Shown piece after piece: positions 24,977-32,000 of a stretch of DNA of 32,000 nt. The notes under the pieces were generated by a model that saw nothing but the letters and a program-made list of their open reading frames with translations, was not told the origin of the DNA and ran no database searches. The stretch is from positions 212,546-244,545 of the forward strand of contig JAFEAP010000005.1 of the NCBI GenBank assembly GCA_018266355.1, given 5' to 3'. The translations under genes and the position numbers were made by a program. How positions within the stretch are numbered: the first letter of the stretch is position 1; each line of letters begins with the position of its first letter. The stretch comes from Bdellovibrionales bacterium (GTDB taxonomy: Bacteria > Bdellovibrionota > UBA1018).

Positions 24977-25873
24977 TTAACCGCCGGATCCGGCCTTCTT
25001 AACCGAGGGCTTCGTACGTACGGGCTTCGTGGGCACGACCCGCTTCGGCGGCGGACCCTGTCCCTCCGTCTTCGCTTGTTCATCGTCGCAAGCACCCGAC
25101 ATAAGGCCCGCGTCGCAGATCGGCTCCACGACGATCGGCTTCATCCGGCTGGTCTCGTCGATTTTCTCGGCGCCGGGTATTTTTCCCGACTTCTTCGCGT
25201 TCCAAGCGAGGTTTCCGTGCTCGCAGTGGTTATCGAAGAAGAAATCCATTTCGCCCGAGCTCGAACCGACCTTGCAGAGGTCGATGCCGTTATCGGTATT
25301 CACGAGGAAACCGGGCCGCATGGAATCGCAGTCCGTCGAACCGGATTTTTGGGTCCAGCAAACCTTCGGCAACGGCTCGGCGTCCTTACATCCGGCATCG
25401 TTATGATAACGGCCGACCACCCATCCGGCGACGGAGCAAACGCTCGGAGCCCCGCCCGAGGAGTTAGGATCCGTCTGGTAATCGCTATAGACCGAAGTGA
25501 CCGGCACGATTTGACCCTTCGAGCAGGTGTCCTGGCCGTTCGATTGGGGCTCGATGAAGAAGCAGTCGGACTGCGCGGGAGGGTCGACGCGCGCCGATTT
25601 TTTCGGCCACTGCGGGGCCCTAGCCGAGGGAATCTTCCCCGTATTTTCTCCCGCCGCTACGTTTCCGTTCTCGCCCCGGACGCAATCTCGCCGCGAACGA
25701 TAAAAGGCGAGTTCGAAATCCTCGCCGACCTTGCATTGTTCGATTCCGTCGACGATCGCGAGACTGCCCCGGTGACATCCTTTCGTCGCCTGCACGAAAC
25801 AAGGGGCGGCGATCGCCGAACCCGCACCGAACGCGACCATCACCACCAAAACTCGAACCGAACGCATCATCAT
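24977..25873 (-). CDS. Secreted cysteine-rich modular protein of unknown function
   Basis: 298 aa from ATG 25873 (GGAG RBS). Signal peptide MMMRSVRVLVVMVAFGAGSAIA/APC. The mature part has 14 Cys, in three 4-Cys modules plus a terminal pair, and ends in a basic Pro/Lys tail PPPKRVVPTKPVRTKPSVKK. The longer track start (25954) would place a strong hairpin inside the coding sequence. Confidence 0.7.
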   Translation of the reverse strand: MMMRSVRVLVVMVAFGAGSAIAAPCFVQATKGCHRGSLAIVDGIEQCKVGEDFELAFYRSRRDCVRGENGNVAAGENTGKIPSARAPQWPKKSARVDPPAQSDCFFIEPQSNGQDTCSKGQIVPVTSVYSDYQTDPNSSGGAPSVCSVAGWVVGRYHNDAGCKDAEPLPKVCWTQKSGSTDCDSMRPGFLVNTDNGIDLCKVGSSSGEMDFFFDNHCEHGNLAWNAKKSGKIPGAEKIDETSRMKPIVVEPICDAGLMSGACDDEQAKTEGQGPPPKRVVPTKPVRTKPSVKKAGSGG

Positions 25874-25908
25874 AAAGATCTCCGACACACGAGAGGCAGA
25901 AACGGAAA

Positions 25909-25943
25909 GGCCCCGGGTCTCGCATCCTACGAAACCCGGGGCC
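25909..25943 (-). terminator. GC-rich hairpin with a T-rich trailer (terminator-like or leader structure) between bEBP-2 and the Cys-rich gene
   Basis: Perfect 10-bp stem GGCCCCGGGT (25909-25918) / ACCCGGGGCC (25934-25943) with a 15-nt loop. The minus-strand trailer is TTTCCGTTTCTGCC. Confidence 0.4.
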
Positions 25944-26046
25944 ATTTCTTTCACCCGGGGGGTAATCCGGATTTAACTGAGTACACGGACTGGACCACTA
26001 CAGGACTCCCAGACTCGGCTGCCCGAAGCGGGCGGCCTCGTTACGA

Positions 26047-27111
<1,065 letters not shown>

Positions 27112-27585
27112 CAATGCTCCCTCCTAACCCGTCCGTGAGTTTTGTCAGATAATGCCTTAGCGGACATTCTCGGAAAGGAGGTGCACTCGGAGGCCGAAGC
27201 GATGGCAGTCGTTCAGGCTTAGGAGCGCTGCTTGAAACTTCCTTGACGTCGTCGTCGAAGAAATCCCCGACTTCCGGTCGGTTCCGGCCCGGGTTTAAAC
27301 CCGAACCTTCAGGCAGCTTTCAGCGATCTTTCCGTGTTCGCCAGAGTCAACTCATCGTCGACTCGAGAATTAGGCTAAGCAGTTTCTGCCGGGTCGTCAA
27401 AATTTTTTTATAAGATCGTCAAAGATTTTTCGAAAACCTTACGATTTCAGGGGCTTGCGGCCGAACTTTTTTCACTCGTTTCGGAAGAAAAAATCACCGA
27501 ATCGTCGCTCCGCATCATCGCTCGAAATCCGCACCTAGAGCGGCTCGGCAAACTCCTTCTCGACCGACTGCGAAATCGCGCGGAA

Positions 27586-28572
27586 TTAAAAGCGCTCCGG
27601 CGCGTGCGCGGATTTTTTTCCGAGACCGACGGCACGCGGATATTCCACGCCGAGAAGCAAACTAATGGCGATCAGAAGAGTCAATGCCGCGAAAACCTGA
27701 AGCGGCGTCACGCCCTGACCGGTGTCGCCGAGGGCGAGAAACATCCCGACGAGCGGATAAAGCAGCTCGATGAACGTCGTGAGACTCGCCGGAAGTTGCC
27801 GAAGCCCCACGTAGTAAATCCAGTAGGCGACCGTCTGCGCGACGACGCCGAGGTAGAGCAGCGGCAGAAAAACTTCGGCCGTGAAGATGCGATGCCACGG
27901 CAGCGGAACGTCCTTCACGAACACCACCGCGCCGAGGAAAACGAACGCGATCGCCCACCGCCAAATCAGCACGACCGAGTTCGGATATCGATTCAGCAGC
28001 GCCTTCCCCGCGACCGTCGATCCGCCCCAAATCAGCGTCGCGAGACAAGCGTAGAGCGTTCCCGAAAGGGCCTCGGGATTCTCGTCCATCATCGGAAGCT
28101 CGGAGCGCGCGGTCTGCGAGTAGCTGAGCAGGATCATGTTCAGCACGACCCACACGGCGCACGGGCCGAAAAAGCTCGAGAAACGCTCCTTCAAGAAAAA
28201 CCACGCGAAAACCAGCACGAACGCCGGTTGGAGCATCGTAAAGAGCGTCGCCCCGGCGCCTCCGATCTTCCCGACCGCGACGGTGAAGAACGTGTTCCCG
28301 AGCGCGCTTCCGCCGAGACCGATCGCGAGGAAAAGGAAGATGTCGGTGCGCGAAACTTTTCCCGAGCGCGCGCGAAGCGGCTGCCCCACCTCCACGCGAC
28401 GTTTCGTGAACACCCACGGCAGCAGCGAAAGGAACGCGATTCCGTGTTCGAGGAATCCGACCGCTCGGGCGTCGAGCACGCGTAGGGCCCGTTCGCGGAA
28501 GACGGCGTCGGTCGCGAAGAGCAGCGACCCGAGGACGACGGCGATTCCCGGTACGAACGGTTTAAGCTTCAT
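27586..28572 (-). CDS. DMT-superfamily (EamA-type) transporter
   Basis: 328 aa with about ten hydrophobic helices in two halves (e.g. FLFLAIGLGGSALGNTFFTVAV, LYLGVVAQTVAYWIYYVGL). The start is 3 nt after the upstream OM beta-barrel gene's stop. Confidence 0.85.
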   Translation of the reverse strand: MKLKPFVPGIAVVLGSLLFATDAVFRERALRVLDARAVGFLEHGIAFLSLLPWVFTKRRVEVGQPLRARSGKVSRTDIFLFLAIGLGGSALGNTFFTVAVGKIGGAGATLFTMLQPAFVLVFAWFFLKERFSSFFGPCAVWVVLNMILLSYSQTARSELPMMDENPEALSGTLYACLATLIWGGSTVAGKALLNRYPNSVVLIWRWAIAFVFLGAVVFVKDVPLPWHRIFTAEVFLPLLYLGVVAQTVAYWIYYVGLRQLPASLTTFIELLYPLVGMFLALGDTGQGVTPLQVFAALTLLIAISLLLGVEYPRAVGLGKKSAHAPERF

Positions 28573-28575
28573 CCG

Positions 28576-29133
28576 TCAGAACGCGTAGCCGAACGAGAAA
28601 CCGAGCCACGGCGTGAGACTCCGGCCGGCGACGAGGTATCCCGCCACGCGGAAGAGAAAACCGGTATCGCTGCGGTATTCGTAGCCGCCGCCGACCGTCG
28701 GCATCACCGGAGAAGAGGGAATTTCGAGGTTCCCCGTCGAAGTGTCGGTCCCTTTCACGCTCGAGTGGTTCAGGATGAGGGTCACGCCCGCGGTGACGTA
28801 CGGCGAACCGGCCGCGTTCAGGAAATAGTAGTCGAAATAGGCCGGAAGGAAGGTCGCCGACTTGTTCGCGTCCAGATCCGTGTTGTGAATGTTCATCGAC
28901 GAGGAGCCGAGACCGAATCCGGCCGACATGTTCTCGTTCAGCGCTTGGTCGAAGTTCACCGAGTAGAGCATCGAACGTCCGAGGAGCTCGATCGAAACGA
29001 CGCTCGGATAAGTCGCACGAGTCGCGTTTCCGAGCGGCCGGCCACTGGCGGCGGCGCGGGCCGAGGAAGCTCCGACGGAGGCGGCGGCGAGGATCACGAT
29101 CGAAACGAGCAACGGACGAAGGGACGAACGCAT
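28576..29133 (-). CDS. Small outer-membrane beta-barrel protein
   Basis: 185 aa. Signal peptide (LLVSIVILAAASVGASSARA), alternating amphipathic beta-strand pattern, and a C-terminal aromatic terminus GFSFGYAF. Confidence 0.75.
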   Translation of the reverse strand: MRSSLRPLLVSIVILAAASVGASSARAAASGRPLGNATRATYPSVVSIELLGRSMLYSVNFDQALNENMSAGFGLGSSSMNIHNTDLDANKSATFLPAYFDYYFLNAAGSPYVTAGVTLILNHSSVKGTDTSTGNLEIPSSPVMPTVGGGYEYRSDTGFLFRVAGYLVAGRSLTPWLGFSFGYAF

Positions 29134-29257
29134 GGGATTTCTCCTGAACTTAAGTCATTGAAATTCCCTAGAGCATGCGGTCATTCCCCGAAGGAAACAA
29201 GCCAGCTTGCGCCAAGCCGATCGTGGGATATGACGCCGGACGCCAACCCTCGCCGCG

Positions 29258-29485
29258 CTAGTCGAGCAAGAGGCGATCGCGCAGCCAAGGGTAGAGCGTT
29301 TGCTCCCACCGAAAAATGAAGAAAGCGGCAGAGAGCAGGAGAAAGAATCCGGCGACGATGAACATTCGGACCTTCAGTCGATTGTTCCCGCGACGGCGAA
29401 AAATCATCCCCATTTCACCGAAGATCAGGATCAGCGGGATCGACCAGTAGGGCATGAATTTGATCGCGAGAAAAAGAAATCGCAT
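29258..29485 (-). CDS. Small two-TM membrane protein (hypothetical)
   Basis: 75 aa. Two hydrophobic segments (WSIPLILIFGEMGMIF and MFIVAGFFLLLSAAFFIF) separated by RRRGNNRLKVR. No clear SD sequence. Confidence 0.5.
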   Translation of the reverse strand: MRFLFLAIKFMPYWSIPLILIFGEMGMIFRRRGNNRLKVRMFIVAGFFLLLSAAFFIFRWEQTLYPWLRDRLLLD

Positions 29486-29587
29486 GGCCTAGGAAAAGTG
29501 TGACCCTTCCCTCGCGCGATCGCAAGCATTCACCCCGGCAAAAGCGCTTCGGAATGATCTCGTCGAACAACCGAACTCGTAGAGACT

Positions 29588-30430
29588 CTAGTGTTTAGAA
29601 TCTTTATGGTCGTCGTCGCGTTTGGAGCGTTCGTCTTTGCGATCGTCGACCCTTTTCGCCTCGTCGCGGTCGTCACGCCCTTGATCATCGCGTTTTTCCA
29701 GGTCGGATCGGCCCTTTTCCGGGCGCTCGGCCGAGTTCTTGCCTTTGGAATCCGTCTCTTTTTTCTCGTCCTTTTTGGCGGCCTTTTCAGCCTCGCGCGC
29801 GCGCTTCCGCTCCTCGCGTTCCTTCTTCTTCGCTTCCCGTTTCGCCTTGCGGGCTTCGCGCCGTTTTGCGCGACGATCGAGTTCGCGATCGTCCACCGGT
29901 TCGTCCGGGTCGTAGCGTTTGATTTGTTTCCATGCGAACTCGAACTTTTCCGGAGTACCGACCGGCGGAATCACCTGCACTTCGATCGTGTGCTCGCCTT
30001 CCGGAACCGCACCGACGTCGAAGGACGGAGCCGCGGGGACCGGATCGTCCCCGTCGAAGCGGTATTCGACCTGGCTTTGTAGCGGGGCGACGACGACGAT
30101 TTCGGCCGGACCTTCCTCTTCGTCTTCCGGATAATCGTCGACGATCACCGAGCTCGATGGAGCGGCCGTGACCGGAGAGCCCCGCCCTTCAGAAGGTGGA
30201 GTATTCGAAGCGTCGGCCGGGGCCGGCACCGAGGCAGGAGCTTCCGCCGCCGGCGATCCTTCGCTCGTCGTCGGAGGAATCGACGACGGATTCGTTTCCT
30301 GGATGCTTTGGGCGATCGTCGGAGCCGCGGTGGTCGGAATGTGCACCACCCGCGCGCCACCGCATCCGCTCGCATAAGCGAGCGCGAGGAATACTGCGGC
30401 CGATCTACTCATTCGAGATAAAGGAGACAT
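29588..30430 (-). CDS. Lipoprotein with a Pro/Ala/Ser-rich linker, a small beta domain and a hyper-charged Lys/Arg/Glu/Asp C-terminal tail
   Basis: ATG 30430 gives MSPLSRMSRSAAVFLALAYASG/C (lipobox). The tail reads RRAKRREARKAKREAKKKEREERKRAREAEKAAKKDEKKE...DDRKDERSKRDDDHKDSKH. Confidence 0.75.
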   Translation of the reverse strand: MSPLSRMSRSAAVFLALAYASGCGGARVVHIPTTAAPTIAQSIQETNPSSIPPTTSEGSPAAEAPASVPAPADASNTPPSEGRGSPVTAAPSSSVIVDDYPEDEEEGPAEIVVVAPLQSQVEYRFDGDDPVPAAPSFDVGAVPEGEHTIEVQVIPPVGTPEKFEFAWKQIKRYDPDEPVDDRELDRRAKRREARKAKREAKKKEREERKRAREAEKAAKKDEKKETDSKGKNSAERPEKGRSDLEKRDDQGRDDRDEAKRVDDRKDERSKRDDDHKDSKH

Positions 30431-30500
30431 CAAGAACCTGTCGGCGTCCCGGAGCCGAAATCAGAGTTCCTTAAGAATCAGATCGTCAATCGTTTGGCGC

Positions 30501-31661
30501 TTAAGCGAGTAGCGTGCGGAGCGCGGCGACTTGGTCGATTTTTTCCCAAGTGAAATCCGCGTCTTCGCGACCGAAGTGCCCGTACGCCGCCGTCTTCGAA
30601 TAGATCGGACGGAGCAGGTTCAGCGACTCGATGATCCCGGCCGGGCGGAGGCGGAAGACCTCCTTCACCGCGTTTTCGATCTTCTCGAGCGGAGCCTTTT
30701 CGGTCCCGAACGCGTTTACCATCACCGAAACCGGTTCGGCGACGCCGATCGCGTAAGCGAATTGGACGAGGCATTTATCGACGAGGCCCGCGGCCACGAG
30801 ATTCTTCGCGACGTAACGGCCCATGTAGCAAGCCGAGCGATCGACCTTCGTCGGATCTTTGCCCGAGAAGGCGCCGCCGCCGTGAGCGCCGTGTCCGCCG
30901 TACGTATCGACGATGATCTTCCGACCGGTGAGGCCGCAGTCGCCCATCGGACCGCCGATGACGAAACGGCCGGTCGGGTTGATGAAGTATTTCGTTTTGT
31001 TGTCGAGGAGATTTCCCGGGATCGTCTTGCGGATCACTTCTTCGGTGATCGCTTCGTGGATCTGCTTCTGCGAGATCTCTTCGTCGTGCTGGGTGGAAAC
31101 CACGATCGCGTCGACGCGCTTCGGGGTTCCGTTCTCGTATTCGATCGTGACTTGGGTTTTTCCGTCGGGACGGAGCCAAGGAAGCGTTCCGTCTTTCCGG
31201 ACGACGGAGAGACGATGCGCGAGCTTGTGCGAAAGGTCGATCGAGAGCGGCATGAAGTTCTCGGCTTCGCGGACCGCGTAGCCGAACATGATGCCTTGGT
31301 CGCCGGCGCCTTGTTCTTTATGGAGACCTTCGCCGACGTTCACGCCCTGGGCGATGTCGGGCGACTGCCGATCGAGGGTGACCATCACCGCGCAGGTGTT
31401 GTAGTCGAAGCCCTTCCGCGAATCGTCGTAGCCGATCTTTTTGATCGCGGCGCGCGCGATCTGCGCGTAGTCGACGCGGGCGTTCGTCGTAACTTCACCC
31501 GCGATGACGACGAGACCGGTGGTGACGAGGGTTTCGCACGCGACGCGCGAGCGCGGGTCTTGAGTCAGAAGCGCGTCGAGGACGGCGTCCGAGATTTGAT
31601 CCGCGATTTTATCCGGGTGACCTTCGGTCACCGACTCCGACGTGAAAAGAGTGTGGCTCAC
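30501..31661 (-). CDS. metK: S-adenosylmethionine synthetase
   Basis: 386 aa. [57 protein letters not shown] start. Confidence 0.97.
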   Translation of the reverse strand: MSHTLFTSESVTEGHPDKIADQISDAVLDALLTQDPRSRVACETLVTTGLVVIAGEVTTNARVDYAQIARAAIKKIGYDDSRKGFDYNTCAVMVTLDRQSPDIAQGVNVGEGLHKEQGAGDQGIMFGYAVREAENFMPLSIDLSHKLAHRLSVVRKDGTLPWLRPDGKTQVTIEYENGTPKRVDAIVVSTQHDEEISQKQIHEAITEEVIRKTIPGNLLDNKTKYFINPTGRFVIGGPMGDCGLTGRKIIVDTYGGHGAHGGGAFSGKDPTKVDRSACYMGRYVAKNLVAAGLVDKCLVQFAYAIGVAEPVSVMVNAFGTEKAPLEKIENAVKEVFRLRPAGIIESLNLLRPIYSKTAAYGHFGREDADFTWEKIDQVAALRTLLA

Positions 31662-31673
31662 GTGCAGTGCCGA

Positions 31674-31799
31674 TTAATCGATGTGGATCGAGAACTTCGG
31701 GGTCGTGCCGTTGTTTTGTTGGTCTTTTTTGCGCGCCTTGCCCTTGTTGTGGCGGCGGACTTTGCGGGCATTGCGGGTTTTACCGGTACGAGAAGACAT
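31674..31799 (-). CDS. Candidate 41-codon highly basic small protein immediately upstream of metK
   Basis: Below the track's size cutoff. My translation is MSSRTGKTRNARKVRRHNKGKARKKDQQNNGTTPKFSIHID. AGAGGT RBS 6 nt upstream of the ATG, G/C-biased third positions, and a TAA stop 12 nt before the metK GTG. Confidence 0.35.
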   Translation of the reverse strand: MSSRTGKTRNARKVRRHNKGKARKKDQQNNGTTPKFSIHID

Positions 31800-31837
31800 G
31801 TTCGACCTCTAAATATTGATGATGAAAAGAGTCTCGG

Positions 31838-31866
31838 AACTTAGCCGAATCTCCCTAACCGGTCAA
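31838..31866 (-). promoter_or_regulatory. Candidate sigma-70 promoter for the small ORF-metK unit
   Basis: The minus strand reads TTGACC (31866-31861), a 17-nt spacer, then TAAGTT (31843-31838). It lies ~35 nt upstream of the small ORF's ATG. Confidence 0.35.
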
Positions 31867-31940
31867 TCGCCACGACCGGTCATCTCGACGCTCTTTCTGG
31901 CCGCGGACTTGCGTTCGGAAATCCCCTCGGAGGGACCTGA

Positions 31941-32000
31941 ATGGAAAAAATCATCCGTCGCCCTATTTTTCCGTCTTTTTTGGTCGGTTTTTACTTTTGG
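31941..32000 (+). CDS. Start of a plus-strand gene (partial, 20 codons; hydrophobic N-terminus)
   Basis: GGAGG sits 7 nt upstream of ATG 31941. Translation is MEKIIRRPIFPSFLVGFYFW..., running off the window end. Too short to characterise. Confidence 0.25.
   Translation, partial: MEKIIRRPIFPSFLVGFYFW

Noticed and set aside
25920-25945. TGGCCC-N5-TTCG (minus strand) upstream of the Cys-rich gene as a possible sigma-54 promoter.
   Set aside because: The -12 dinucleotide is CG rather than GC. The sequence is one arm of the 10-bp hairpin, which explains it better.
27447-27635. 62-aa minus-strand ORF in the long region upstream of bEBP-2.
   Set aside because: It overlaps the 3' end of the DMT gene, is Arg/Ser-rich (RTRRSAFNSARFRSRSRRSLPSRSR) and has no RBS. 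It looks like a spurious frame.
29515-29535. GGGGTG-N5-TTGC (minus strand) upstream of the small membrane protein gene as a sigma-54 candidate.
   Set aside because: Only the minimal GG-N10-GC spacing is satisfied, and the rest of the -24 element does not match. Such minimal matches are expected by chance in GC-rich DNA.
31662-31940. A SAM riboswitch upstream of metK.
   Set aside because: I could not identify conserved SAM-I, SAM-II or SAM-V helices or core motifs by eye, and the leader is largely occupied by a small ORF with an RBS. A covariance-model scan is needed to exclude it formally.

Overview
GC-rich bacterial chromosomal window with strong G/C third-codon-position bias. The host looks diderm, since an outer-membrane beta-barrel, an Mla-type lipid ABC system and lipoproteins are present. 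Positions 1-17627 are one minus-strand flagellar hook-basal-body/export/switch cluster in the Bacillus/spirochaete-type 'fla operon' order: flgB-flgC-fliE-fliF-fliG-fliH-fliI-[insert]-fliJ-ylxF/motE-like-fliK-flgD-small flagellar operon protein-flgE-fliL-fliM-fliN-fliO/fliZ-like (partial). Most junctions are tight, and several are ATGA/GTGA/TAATG overlaps. Four things stand out. (1) The fliI/fliJ junction is split by 1.8 kb carrying an opposite-strand gene for an unrecognisable secreted 462-aa protein, bracketed by ~50-nt imperfect direct repeats. (2) At the head of the cluster, a near-consensus sigma-54 promoter drives a 929-aa secreted TPR protein that is translationally coupled (ATGA) to a sigma-54 activator lacking any N-terminal sensory domain. 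Between that activator and flgB lie a 40-bp dyad element and a partial sigma-54 promoter. (3) flgE appears insulated by a sigma-28-like promoter with a long leader upstream and a textbook intrinsic terminator downstream. (4) FliL carries an HGGG-rich insert encoded by an exact 22-nt in-frame repeat. The right half holds a plus-strand lipoprotein-mlaE-mlaF-mlaD operon and, on the minus strand, a Cys-rich modular secreted protein. Also on the minus strand are a second sensor-less sigma-54 activator behind a 470-nt motif-rich upstream region, an envelope cluster (lipoprotein, small membrane protein, OM beta-barrel, DMT/EamA transporter) and metK preceded by a 41-codon highly basic ORF. I saw no rRNA, tRNA, CRISPR array, transposase or integrase. 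All family calls come from reading motifs by eye; no database search was run.
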